Origin: Pseudomonadota bacterium
GTDB lineage: Bacteria; Pseudomonadota; Alphaproteobacteria; Rhodobacterales; Rhodobacteraceae
Assembly: GCA_038525585.1 (NCBI GenBank)
Contig: JBCBHM010000007.1
Span: forward strand, 13,945 to 77,944
DNA: 64,000 nucleotides
Direction of reading: 5' to 3'
A model generated the notes under the pieces. That model was not told where the DNA came from. It ran no database searches and saw only the letters and a program-made list of their open reading frames with translations. Below, piece by piece: positions 8,297-18,030 of this stretch (position 1 is the stretch's first letter; each line of letters begins with the position of its first letter). Position numbers and translations under genes: made by a program.

Positions 8297-9418
8297 ATGT
8301 CTGACAATTCGGCGCGGCTGGCTTTGCCCTATATTCAACCCTCCCAGGCGCAAAAGCATGTGACCCATAACGAAGCGCTCGCCCGCCTGGACGTTCTGGT
8401 GCAACTGGTTTTGGAAGAGACGGACGCATCCGCGCCGCCCGCACTGCCCGAACCTGGCCAAATCTGGGCGCTCGGCACTGCACCGCAGACCGCGTGGGCA
8501 GGACAATCGGGTATGTTGGCGCATTGGGACGGTTCCGGCTGGCTTTTTGTGGCGCCGCAAACAGGTTGGCGCGCCTGGATTCGTTCCAGCGGGTCGCTGG
8601 GCGTCTACGATGGCACCGGTTGGATCCAGACGGAGGCCAGCCAAACGGTGGACGGTCTGGGCATTCAGGCAAGCTGGGATGCCACCAATCGCCTGGCGGT
8701 TTCCGCGCCGGCAAGCCTGTTCAGCCACGCCGGGCAGGGCCATCAGGTCAAGGTGAACAAGGCCGGGGCGTCGGACACGGCGAGCCTGCTGTACCAGTCC
8801 GACTGGACAGGTCATGCCGAGATGGGTCTGGCCGGGAACAATGACTTTGCAATCAAGGTCTCACCAGATGGCGCAAACTGGACGGATGCGATGGTCGTGG
8901 ATGCCGCGACGGGCACGGTGCGTGGCGCTGCGGTGCAGAGCAGCGCGACGGATCTTGCGGCCGGCAAGTTGGCGCAGGCCGCGCTGACCTATGGGCCGGG
9001 CAATGTCGTGGGAACGGTTGCGCAGTCCGGCGGCGTGCCGACGGGAGCGGTGATCGAAAGCGGTACAAATGCCGATGGTGCCTATGTCCGCTTTGCCGAT
9101 GGCACACAGATCTGCACGCGGATTGTCGATATTGCAGGCCTCGACATCACGACGGACCTTGGCGGTGTTTTTGTATGCGATCCCGTCAGCTACGATTTTC
9201 CTGCCAGCTTTACCGAGGTGCACCATGTCAGTGGCACGTTGGGCGCAAGTGAAAACACGGATATCGATGACCGCGCGTGGTTTGGCAAATTCAGGGCAGG
9301 GGGCCAGGGCCTGGATGCGGCTTGGCGCAACATTGCCATTTACAGCCCAAGTGCCGTTTCCGCGACGCCGACCGAGGCAACCCGGCTGAGCCTTTTCGCG
9401 TCAGGCCGTTGGGTCTGA
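8297..9418 (+). CDS. DUF2793-like protein with phage tail-fibre-like C-terminal domain
   Basis: The N-terminus LALPYIQPSQAQKHVTHNEALARLD resembles DUF2793 as I recall it. The C-terminus GAVIESGTNADGAYVRFADGTQICT resembles knob domains of phage/pyocin tail fibres. ATG at 8297 (the track start at 8294 is GTG). Confidence 0.55.
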   Translation: MSDNSARLALPYIQPSQAQKHVTHNEALARLDVLVQLVLEETDASAPPALPEPGQIWALGTAPQTAWAGQSGMLAHWDGSGWLFVAPQTGWRAWIRSSGSLGVYDGTGWIQTEASQTVDGLGIQASWDATNRLAVSAPASLFSHAGQGHQVKVNKAGASDTASLLYQSDWTGHAEMGLAGNNDFAIKVSPDGANWTDAMVVDAATGTVRGAAVQSSATDLAAGKLAQAALTYGPGNVVGTVAQSGGVPTGAVIESGTNADGAYVRFADGTQICTRIVDIAGLDITTDLGGVFVCDPVSYDFPASFTEVHHVSGTLGASENTDIDDRAWFGKFRAGGQGLDAAWRNIAIYSPSAVSATPTEATRLSLFASGRWV

Positions 9419-9519
9419 CGCGGATCTGCCAACAGGCGTCGGCGCCGCAAATCCGCCTTGCATCAGGGTGATGCCATGGATCATAAAAACGCCTACACGT
9501 TCAACGTTAGGTATTTGCT

Positions 9520-9573
9520 ATGATCACGCCTGTATTGCTTTGCGGCGGTTCCGGAACACGGCTGTGGCCCTGA
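9520..9573 (+). pseudogene. Mannose-1-phosphate guanylyltransferase (manC-type) 5' fragment, cut off by an IS end
   Basis: MITPVLLCGGSGTRLWP followed by TGA. This is the canonical N-terminal nucleotidyltransferase loop (GGSGTRLWP). The stop is supplied by the first bases of the IS terminal repeat at 9571. Confidence 0.6.
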
Positions 9574-10493
9574 TCAGCCCCACCTGAGTGGTCCGGTTTG
9601 ATTGTGAGTGCATGGTGGGCCTCTGGTCCATTGGGACGATGCTTTAGGGCGCAGGCGGGCGGTCGCCCAGAGAGCTGTGCGGCCTGACCACTGCCCGGCA
9701 GGGCATTGCGTTGCAATGTCCCGAAAGGGGGTGTTGGAATGGGTGCGCCATTGCTCGATCAGGATTTGCGCTTCGGGCAAGCTGTAGAACATCTCGCCAT
9801 TGAGAAACACGTCGCGGAACCGGGCGTTGAAGCTTTCGCAGTCGCCGTGTTCCCAAGGTGATCCTGGCTCGATATAGGCCGTCTTGGCCCCAACCGCCGC
9901 GATCCAGTCGCGCACCTTCTGCGCAATGAACTCGGGGCCATTGTCGGATCTGATTTATTCTGGTGGGCCACGCAGGATGAACAGGTCGGTCAGCGCGCCC
10001 AGCACGTCCGTGCAGTTGAGTTTGCGATCGATGCGGATCATGAGCGCCTCCCTGGTGTATGCGTCGATGATATTGAGCGTCCGGTAAGTGCGGATACGCC
10101 AAGCTCCTGCCGCACGTGGTCGATGCACTTTCGGCGACGCGAAGGGCTTAGAAGCTTTCCTTTGCTGCCTCGGTCAGGATCAGCTTGTCCAACGTGAGAT
10201 CGGAGACCGCGCGCCAAAGCCGCTGGTTCTCCTTCTCCAGCTCTTTCAGACGAGCGCGTTGCGGCTGCTGCATCCCACCATAGAGCGTCCGCCATCGGCA
10301 GTACGTCTTCTGCGTCACGCCGATCTGGCGCACCGCCTCGGCAATCGTCGCGCCTCGTCCCTGCAGAACTTCAACCTGCCGAAGCTTCGACACTATCTCT
10401 TCGGGCTTCTCTCGTTTGCCAGCCAGCGCGGATCCTCAAATTTGAGGGGCAAATCTATCCCAGCTGGTGGAACACTTTTGGCGGGCTATTTCA
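9571..10493 (-). mobile_element. IS3-family insertion sequence, decayed copy A (internal deletion, frameshifts)
   Basis: Terminal inverted repeats are TGATCAGCCCCACCTGAGTGGTCC (9571 inward) and TGAAATAGCCCGCCAAAAGTGTTCC (complement from 10493). OrfA-like ORF 10148-10393 reads SKLRQVEVLQGRGATIAEAVRQIGVTQKTYCRWR...LEKENQRL. The OrfB DDE C-terminus at 9574-9915 reads YIEPGSPWEHGDCESFNARFRDVFLNGEMFYSLPEAQILIEQWR, with the remainder in another frame. It is 923 bp versus 1216 bp for copy B. Confidence 0.75.
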
Positions 10494-10579
10494 AGTTTTT
10501 GCGGGAATTACCCATGGGCGAGGTGTGACGAAAATTCATGGTAAGAAATGGTCCAAGGGTGTTCAAAAAGCCGTATCTG

Positions 10580-11347
10580 CTATTTTTGATGCCTAACCCG
10601 ATTTTGCTGCACATGAGAATGCAAGCTATCGATCGCCAGCATATCTAGCTCCCACAGAACGTTCTTATTGGTATTGAGTTCGGTTACCAGTGAGTTATCG
10701 CGGCGCCGTTTAAAGATAATCGTATCCGGCACCACGTGGTGAATGAATCCGGCTTGGAGCGTCTCAATATTCCAGCACCAATCCTCATATCCAAACCCAT
10801 TGTTTTTGTCGCGCCCGCGATATGGGATCTCTAAAAAGGTCTGTGTGTCAGCCATAGCCAATGAGTCAAAGTGGTTTCCAACACGCCAATAATACGGTGT
10901 GTAAAACACACTTTTTGGATCCGGATTTACCAGAACCGCGTTTGCGGCGTCAAAAAACCAGTTGAGCTCTGGGTGAAGTATTGCCCTTTGCCCCTGTTCC
11001 GCTGCGGCTTTGAGCGCCTTGGCACCTTCAACGAGCCAGTTTTCAGAAAAAAGGTCATCTGCATCCATGAAAGCTAGAAACGCGCCTTGCGCACTCTGTG
11101 CCAGACCGTTGCGCGCCAGACCGAGGTCACCCACATCAAGTGGAACTTTTTTCCAATGTTCCAAATCCGGCTGATGAAAATACTCCGTTGCTTCGGATGT
11201 CGCATTGTCCAAGCCAATCAGACGCTCCACCAAATAGCCTGCGCGCTCGGCAGCAGAAATTGCGGCGTCGCAAGATCGTATCGTTGGCCCGGCAACAAAC
11301 GTCTCCGCATGCGCGGTTATCGCGACAGTGATGTCAAATGGGCTCAT
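10580..11347 (-). CDS. Family 2 glycosyltransferase (low-GC paralogue of the N-terminal domain of 30230-32839)
   Basis: ITVAITAHAE...LIGLDNAT...AFLAFMDADDLF is the GT-A fold with DxD. It aligns along its length with residues 1-250 of the 869-aa fused transferase. ATGA overlap with the upstream gene. Confidence 0.8.
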   Translation of the reverse strand: MSPFDITVAITAHAETFVAGPTIRSCDAAISAAERAGYLVERLIGLDNATSEATEYFHQPDLEHWKKVPLDVGDLGLARNGLAQSAQGAFLAFMDADDLFSENWLVEGAKALKAAAEQGQRAILHPELNWFFDAANAVLVNPDPKSVFYTPYYWRVGNHFDSLAMADTQTFLEIPYRGRDKNNGFGYEDWCWNIETLQAGFIHHVVPDTIIFKRRRDNSLVTELNTNKNVLWELDMLAIDSLHSHVQQNRVRHQK

Positions 11348-13386
11348 GGCTGCACTGTCTCCATCACAGCCAGAACTTGCTGTTTATAGCGCTCTTCAGT
11401 CCGCTGCTCTACGATGCGTTCTCGCAGCTTTTTCGCGTTCTCACGTGCCTTGACGGGTTCTGCGAATACCTCTTGAAGAGCTGTCACATACCGCGTCGCA
11501 TCGTCAAAAGGCGCGATCGGCCATGAAAGATCATCGTGCAACACTTCGCCGGTTCCGCCGACCAGTGATCCGACGATTGGCAATCCAGTCATCGCCACCT
11601 CTAAGAGCATGGAAGGCACACCATCCCATTCGGAGGTGTACAACCACGCGTCAGCCTCATTGAGGGGCAGCTCCTCAAATGACGTGTATGACCCGAAAAA
11701 GGTCACATTTTCCGGGCAATTTTTTTGCAAATCAGGCCCGCTCGCGACTGTTTCACCCCAAATCCTGAAGTCGGCAGACGGCATGTTTTTTGCGATCTCA
11801 AACAGCACATCCGGTCTTTTTTGATGGTCAAGACGCCCCGCCCAAAAGACCTGTGGACGTTCGTTTCCAGGCGGTTGCGCAGACACCTGGGTCAAGCTGC
11901 CGTCAACTGGCGCTTCCAACACATGAATCCGTCTTTGCTCTACCTTTGAGACGAAAAATTGCTCAATCAGACTGTCACGCAGAAAATGGCTGTCTGTGCA
12001 GACAGCTTTCATGTTCGGAAACTGTCTGTAAAATTGGACTGAAGGATACCCACCCCATGTGCCGTAGATGCTTTTGTCATTGCAAAAGAAGCACCCAACG
12101 ACCGGCAAATCATGTTTGACGATGGTCTCGAAGGAACTTTGGATGCCCCAAAGCAGTGCTGCATTCACATTGAATACGGCATTGGGTCGTAATGAACGTA
12201 AGAATTCTAGTGCAACGCGTTGTTTTTCCGGTTCGCTTAAAGGTTGCAGAAGTGATGCGCCATCCACACATCGCACACCTTCAGGGTATTTATGCGTCGG
12301 AACTTCGCCAGAGTTATCTAGCGTCAAAAATAGAACATTCTCAGGTCCGTAAAGATCGGCCAAAGCGTGGGTCACGTGCCCTTCAAGCCTGCGATTGCTG
12401 CCCCAACGTGGGCGGTTTACGCAAACAACGGCTTTTGCACGTTGATAGCCCACCGCCTTTTGCAACCTGGAAATGGCCACAAGACGTTTCGACAGACTGT
12501 CCTGATGAAAGGGTTGAATGTTGGGCGCCATAGCACCGCGCCATGTCCGTCCGACAAGCGGATCACATTGCTCTGCTCTGCGCACCATGTCACCCAAAAT
12601 ACCATTGGATAAACGCTCTCTGATGTTTTCTTGGTGAGAGATAATCTCTTCTTGGCATGTCTCGGGAGTCATCCCCAAGATATCTGCGACCTCTTCAAAG
12701 CCCGCCATGGGGTGGGCAATCATGCCTTTTTTGCGACCTTCGGTAATCCAATGGTAAAACAGGTTACTCTGGCCTTCCAATTGCTTGGCATAGCGTTTCC
12801 GATAGGATCTCGCAGAAAAGTACGGCACAGGAGACCGGTTTTCTTTCTCCTCCGAGTTCACATAGTGTTTCGCAAGGTCGAATGATGGCTTGCTCTGCGC
12901 TAAATCAAAATGCTTGGCAATGTAGTTCAGGTAATCCATATGGGCACGTACGGTGCGGTAAACCGGGCTTGCCGATTTTGGCCAGGCCAAGGATTTCTGA
13001 GCACGCACACGACGCGTCATTCTGTCCGGAATATGGGTCAGAGGCGTGTCTTCGTCGTCGGTCACAGTGTCCGAGTTCACATCCCCGAAACCAGTACGCA
13101 GCCTGTTAGGGAAAATCGACAGAGGCGTGCTGTTACCAAACTTTAAAAAGTGAACGAGTGGATTTTGCCCTTTGGCATCTGGATTGACTTCCAAATACCC
13201 CATTGGGTCGAAATGCTTTGACGGAAATCGCAAAAGTGGGCCGCCCAAGAGCACGTAGTGTTCCTCTGGGCGGACGGGCACCTCAGCGACGTCCGGATAC
13301 CGCCTCAGATACCACTCGGCATCAAAGAGATCGGACGCGGCAACCAACTTGATATCGTCAGCACAGCCATGCCAGTTCGCACTCAT
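11344..13386 (-). CDS. Glycosyltransferase, GT-B/GT4-like C-terminal domain with N-terminal linker repeats (low-GC paralogue of the C-terminal part of 30230-32839)
   Basis: QVFWAGRLDHQKRPDVLFEIAKNMP...SEWDGVPSMLLEVAMTGLPIV is an EX7E-type motif. AVVCVNRPRWGSNRRLEGHVTHALADLYG parallels AVVLVNRPRFGGARRMEGQLGHALAARYG in the fused protein. Confidence 0.75.
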   Translation of the reverse strand: MSANWHGCADDIKLVAASDLFDAEWYLRRYPDVAEVPVRPEEHYVLLGGPLLRFPSKHFDPMGYLEVNPDAKGQNPLVHFLKFGNSTPLSIFPNRLRTGFGDVNSDTVTDDEDTPLTHIPDRMTRRVRAQKSLAWPKSASPVYRTVRAHMDYLNYIAKHFDLAQSKPSFDLAKHYVNSEEKENRSPVPYFSARSYRKRYAKQLEGQSNLFYHWITEGRKKGMIAHPMAGFEEVADILGMTPETCQEEIISHQENIRERLSNGILGDMVRRAEQCDPLVGRTWRGAMAPNIQPFHQDSLSKRLVAISRLQKAVGYQRAKAVVCVNRPRWGSNRRLEGHVTHALADLYGPENVLFLTLDNSGEVPTHKYPEGVRCVDGASLLQPLSEPEKQRVALEFLRSLRPNAVFNVNAALLWGIQSSFETIVKHDLPVVGCFFCNDKSIYGTWGGYPSVQFYRQFPNMKAVCTDSHFLRDSLIEQFFVSKVEQRRIHVLEAPVDGSLTQVSAQPPGNERPQVFWAGRLDHQKRPDVLFEIAKNMPSADFRIWGETVASGPDLQKNCPENVTFFGSYTSFEELPLNEADAWLYTSEWDGVPSMLLEVAMTGLPIVGSLVGGTGEVLHDDLSWPIAPFDDATRYVTALQEVFAEPVKARENAKKLRERIVEQRTEERYKQQVLAVMETVQP

Positions 13387-13916
13387 TCGCCGGCCCCGAT
13401 CGCAAATGCCGGATGCGGGCAGTGTCCAGCGTCAATTCCCTTCGTAACGAAGAAGATTGCTGGGTCTTGCCCGCTTGCAGCCACCTCGGGATAGGTTTTC
13501 TTGTACCATTCCGGGTCGATAAGTTGACGCTGTTTCAGTGCGTTAGCCAAACGTCGAGCATGCCGATCCTTGAAAAATTGAAGCCGCATCACCCAAGGTA
13601 CGCGGGTGAGTTGCAAACTCATTGCCATAACCGCAAATATTTCACCCTGCCTTTTCGCAGCAGTGCTGTCCTGAAGAGGTGGCGCCGCCTGGGTCTGAGC
13701 AGCCTTGCAGGCTTCAGCCATGTCTTTGAACTTTTTCCTCTCTTCGAGCAACGTGATGTACATCTTGGACAGCGACACTATCTCTGCCCTGAGACGGTCG
13801 TTATCCGATGCTAAGATTGAAGCCTGTTCTGACTGGCCATCATCCGTCCGCACGGTCGACGTCCTCTCGTTCTCGCCGCAAAAACATTGTGCGGGTACAC
13901 TCCAAATCCAACACAA
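13383..13916 (-). CDS. Hypothetical coiled-coil protein, start uncertain (possibly N-terminally truncated by IS copy B)
   Basis: ORF with ATGA overlap onto the GT4-like gene. It has a coiled-coil-like stretch (DRLRAEIVSLSKMYITLLEERKKFKDMAE) and the DPEWYKKTYPEVA motif also seen in neighbouring transferases. The track start is a TTG. Confidence 0.35.
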   Translation of the reverse strand: MCWIWSVPAQCFCGENERTSTVRTDDGQSEQASILASDNDRLRAEIVSLSKMYITLLEERKKFKDMAEACKAAQTQAAPPLQDSTAAKRQGEIFAVMAMSLQLTRVPWVMRLQFFKDRHARRLANALKQRQLIDPEWYKKTYPEVAASGQDPAIFFVTKGIDAGHCPHPAFAIGAGE

Positions 13917-14045
13917 AATCTACAGCCTTCGGCCCCGAACTAACTGCCGTATGCATCTCGGAGGTGCAAGGCAAATCTGCCTATGATCAAGGCAAGCATT
14001 CGTAACCATGCAGCCACCGCTGTGTCTGATTTTCCGCACGGATGG

Positions 14046-15261
14046 TGATCAGCCCCACTTGGGTGATCCAATTTGATTGTTCGTGCATGATCGGCCTTTG
14101 GTCTATCCGAACGATGGTTTTCAGGGCCGGTGGGCGGTAGCCCAGAGCACTGTGCGGTCACTTTGTATTGTCGTGTTTTCTCCACTCTTTGATCAGGATT
14201 TGTGCCTCGCGTCGGTTGTAAAACATCTCGCCATTCAGGAACTCATCCCTGAACCGTGCATTGAAGCGTTCACAATATCCATTCTCCCTCTGTGATCCTG
14301 GCTCGATTTAGGACATCTGTGCGCCGACCGCTTTGATCTAATCCTGCATGGCCCGAACAGCGAACTCCGGGCCGTCGTCAAACCGAATGAACGACGGCAC
14401 GCCGCGCAGGATAAACAGGTCGCTCAGCACATCAATGACATTGCCTGAGTTGAGCTTGCGATCCACACGCATGGCCAGGCATTCCCGGCTGTACTCATCT
14501 ATGATGTTCAGCTTGCGGAACGCTGTTCCGTCGTCGGTGCGGCAATGGACAAAGTCGCAAGACCAGACATGGTCGCGATGCTCCGGCCGTGGTCTGACGG
14601 ACGATCCGTCATTCAGCCAGAGCCGCCCCTTCTTCGGTTGCTGCATTGGCACTTTCAGCCCCTCCCGCTGCCACAGCCTTTCGACCCGCTTGTCGTTCAT
14701 ATGCCAGCCCGCATCTCTCAGCAGCGCAGCAATCCGACGGTAGCCATATCGCCCATATTGCCGAGCAGCTCGATCACGTCGGCGACCAATCGTTCTTCGT
14801 CCGGGTGATCAACTGGCGCCCTGCGCTGCGTGGATCAGTGTTGCCTGAGACCGCGGCAAGCGCGGCGTTCCGAGACATTTAGCGCCGCACGAACACGATC
14901 AATGCAGGCACGACGGCGAGCGGGGCTTAGAAGTTTCCCTTCGCAGCTTCCGCCAGGATCAACGTGTCCAACATCAGGTCAGAAACAACCTTGCGCAGTC
15001 GCTCGTTCTCTTTTTGAAACCGCTTCAGTTCCTTCAATTGGTGAGCGCCCATTCCACCTTACTTCTTCTTTCAGCGGTAGGAGGTTTGTTCAGCTACGCC
15101 AATTTGCCGGATCGCATCCAGACGCGGCATACCTTGCCCCGTCAGAACGTCAACCTGCCGCAACTTCGTGACAGGCTCTTCGGGCTTCGGTCGCTTGTTG
15201 GCCATGTGTTGCCTCCGTTTTCTTAAACGTAGCGGAGGACCACTTCGGTGGGGCAGGATCA
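14046..15261 (-). mobile_element. IS3-family insertion sequence, decayed copy B (nonsense and frameshift mutations)
   Basis: Inverted repeats are TGATCAGCCCCACTTGGGTGATCC (14046 inward) and TGATCCTGCCCCACCGAAGTGGTCC (complement from 15261). OrfA starts at 15205: MANKRPKPEEPVTKLRQVDVLTGQGMPRLDAIRQIGVAEQTSYR. OrfB core at 14338-14700 reads HVWSCDFVHCRTDDGTAFRKLNIIDEYSRECLAMRVD. The C-terminal IEPGSQRENGYCERFNARFRDEFLNGEMFY is preceded by an in-frame TAA. Same orientation as copy A. Confidence 0.8.
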
Positions 15262-15409
15262 AAACGGTTGTCTTGGGTAAAGCAGATGAGCGCGGTTTTC
15301 TAAAAGTTAAACACAAATCAATCGCTTACGTCCTCGCTCCGCCATAATCCAGCCGGAAAAAGAGAGCCATCGTCCGCCATTTCAAACCCTGCAACTCAAG
15401 GGGAGTGAA

Positions 15410-17923
15410 ATGGACCTTTCGTGGCGTAACATCTTTGTAAGCGGACATGAGCTTCATGACAATGATATCCGCGACGTGACCATCAGCTGGCACAACGGGT
15501 CTGCCTATCTGTTTGGGACCACAGGGTATCATGGGGGTCTGTTTTCATATCAGCTAAGTGGCAGTGGGGCCGTGCTGGTCGATACGGCATATTTTAACGC
15601 GGCCCGCGGTACCGCGGCGACCGGGACAGTCGAGGTCTACAGCCAAGATGGTCAGGAATACCTGCTGTATGGCACCTGGGAAAATGGTGACCTGGCACGC
15701 ATTCATGTGCAAGACAGCGGCGGGCTTGGCAATTTTGGTGAACATGACAGGTTCGAAGGCTTTGGAGCAGGGGCCATTGTCGAAGCGGTCCCCTTGGGTG
15801 GCGGCGAGATCGGGCTGTACACGATTGACGCGGCCACCGGATCCCTTTGGGCGCACGATCTGAACACGACCCAAAGCCTTTCCATTGAATCAGATTTGGG
15901 CGCCGGCGCGCCCCTGGTGCATACGGGCAGCCAAGACGATGTGTTTATCGTTGTAGGGGATACGAAGTCCGGAGAGGTGATCAGCTACCGCGTCGGCGCC
16001 AATCCCGAGGATCTAGTCGAAACCGCCCGACTGGGAGCATCAGACGGGCTAAGTATCGGAGCGCCAACCGTACTGGCCGCGATCACTGCCTATGGTTCTA
16101 ATTGGATCGTGGTCGGCGGAGCGGACAACAACGCCCTGGCGGTGGTCAAGCAGAGTGCATCTGGCTTTTTGCATACCACCGATTTGGTGATGGATACACA
16201 GGCCACGCGCTTTGCCGATGTCTCAACGCTAGAGCTCATCACTGTGAACGGACAGGTTCTGGTCTTTGCCGCGGGCAGCGATGATGGGTTGAGTGTGTTT
16301 TCCCTGTTGCCCGACGGGCAGTTGGTACTTCGTGATACGCTGGTGCATGACACTGGGCTGGGCCTGGAAAACGTGCAGGATATCGAGGCAATTCAGATTG
16401 GTGACACGCTGCATGTCTATGTCGCCTCCGCCACGAGCGATGGCCTTGCCTGGTTGACGGTGGATGTCGGAGACATGACTGCTCCGGTCACCGCGGCAGT
16501 CGGCGCGCGCACTGTGACCGGAACGGTCGGTGATGACATCATATTGGGCTCTGATACCGGTGCAGATACGTTGTTTGGGGGTGCGGGTGATGATCTGCTG
16601 GTCAGTGCCGCGGCGGGCGGAGACCTCACGGGCGGGACGGGGGCCGACATTTTTGTCATCGGTCAGGCGGGCACGACCATCCGGGTTACCGATTTCGAAC
16701 TTGGGGTCGACCGGCTCGACTTGTCTGCCCTGCCCTTTCTCTATGATCCGGCTTCCATCGACTTTGCTCGCAGTGGTCAAGATGTGATCCTGACCCACCG
16801 TGACACGATCATTGGGCTGTCCTTTGCCTCAGTACCAGCAGGAGGGGTCGAGATCGGGGATATCTTTCCGAGTGGTACGTTCGCAGATGCCGACCGGGTG
16901 CAGATCCTGTCCTTTGCGCCGGGGCTCTTTGCTGAAGGCGGCAATGGGGACGATACACTGACGGGGGGTGTTTTTGCGGATACGCTCATGGGGGGAGGCG
17001 GCAGTGATCAGGCCCGCGGCGGTGACGGCGACGACACGATCATAGGCGAGCAAGGCGATGACAGCCTGTCGGGCGAATTGGGCAATGACAGTCTGATGGG
17101 CGGTGACGGTGTTGACACGCTTCTGGGCGACGACGGGGATGATACGCTCATGGGCGGGGACGGCAATGACAGCCTCGATGGCGGATTGGGCAATGACATA
17201 CTCGATGGGCAAAGTGGCAACGATGCCATTGTTGCCGGTCGCGGTGATGACACGATCTATGGCGGTGCTGGCGACGATGACATCCGCAGCGACGGAGGCA
17301 ACGATATCATTTACGGTGGCCCGGGCGTCGATTTCCTCCGCGGCGGGCGGGACGAGGACACGATCTATGGTGAAGAGGACAACGATATCATCCGCGGCCA
17401 GAAAAACGCCGATACAATCTATGGCGGGGCAGGAGACGATAACATCAAGGGCGGCGGCGGCAATGACTGGCTTGCCGGTGGGGACGGCGCAGATTTTATA
17501 AAAGGCGGCACCCGCAGTGACGTCCTGCTGGGCGGACAGGGCGATGACCGGATATTCGCCAACTCTTTCGACGACACGCTCGACGGGGGCAGGGGTGATG
17601 ATTTTCTGAACGGCGGGGGCGGTGACGACCGGCTGATTGGTGGGCGGGGCAACGATACGGTGAAGGGTGGGTCCGGTGCCGACACGTTCGTGTTTGCCAG
17701 CAATATGGGGCAGGACCAAGTTCTGGACTTCACGCCGGGCGAGGATGTGCTCGAGTTGAACGGTAATTTATTGAATGGCGCGTCCACGGCCGCGCAGGTG
17801 GTGAGCCGCTTTGGTGAGATCGACAATGGCACTGCGGTGTTTGATTTTGACAGCGGTCAAGTGATCACGCTGAACGGTGTCACATCCTTGGGCGGTTTGG
17901 CTGATGACATCTTGATTGTCTAA
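15410..17923 (+). CDS. RTX (hemolysin-type calcium-binding repeat) protein, 837 aa
   Basis: Many GGxGxDxxx nonapeptides (GGAGDDTIYGG, GGDGNDSLDGG and others) lie in the C-terminal half. The C-terminal tail (DTFVFASNMGQDQVLDF...VITLNGV...DDILIV) is typical of T1SS substrates. The N-terminal 450 aa are non-repetitive. RBS aaggggag precedes the ATG. Confidence 0.85.
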   Translation: MDLSWRNIFVSGHELHDNDIRDVTISWHNGSAYLFGTTGYHGGLFSYQLSGSGAVLVDTAYFNAARGTAATGTVEVYSQDGQEYLLYGTWENGDLARIHVQDSGGLGNFGEHDRFEGFGAGAIVEAVPLGGGEIGLYTIDAATGSLWAHDLNTTQSLSIESDLGAGAPLVHTGSQDDVFIVVGDTKSGEVISYRVGANPEDLVETARLGASDGLSIGAPTVLAAITAYGSNWIVVGGADNNALAVVKQSASGFLHTTDLVMDTQATRFADVSTLELITVNGQVLVFAAGSDDGLSVFSLLPDGQLVLRDTLVHDTGLGLENVQDIEAIQIGDTLHVYVASATSDGLAWLTVDVGDMTAPVTAAVGARTVTGTVGDDIILGSDTGADTLFGGAGDDLLVSAAAGGDLTGGTGADIFVIGQAGTTIRVTDFELGVDRLDLSALPFLYDPASIDFARSGQDVILTHRDTIIGLSFASVPAGGVEIGDIFPSGTFADADRVQILSFAPGLFAEGGNGDDTLTGGVFADTLMGGGGSDQARGGDGDDTIIGEQGDDSLSGELGNDSLMGGDGVDTLLGDDGDDTLMGGDGNDSLDGGLGNDILDGQSGNDAIVAGRGDDTIYGGAGDDDIRSDGGNDIIYGGPGVDFLRGGRDEDTIYGEEDNDIIRGQKNADTIYGGAGDDNIKGGGGNDWLAGGDGADFIKGGTRSDVLLGGQGDDRIFANSFDDTLDGGRGDDFLNGGGGDDRLIGGRGNDTVKGGSGADTFVFASNMGQDQVLDFTPGEDVLELNGNLLNGASTAAQVVSRFGEIDNGTAVFDFDSGQVITLNGVTSLGGLADDILIV

Positions 17924-18030
17924 TCCGCCGCCCTCAGATGGCGCGCCCCTGACCGGGTGTGTGACGGCTTGACGGTCCAGCCTTGGCACGACACAAGCGG
18001 TAGCAGCACAGAACAGCGCTCATACATAGA

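Noticed and set aside
10494-10579. Possible continuation of the interrupted manC after IS copy A (frame reading FLRELPMGEV)
   Set aside because: Only about 5 residues loosely resemble the expected LSRE.YPKQF continuation, and a stop follows immediately. No target-site duplication could be identified, so the evidence is too weak to call.
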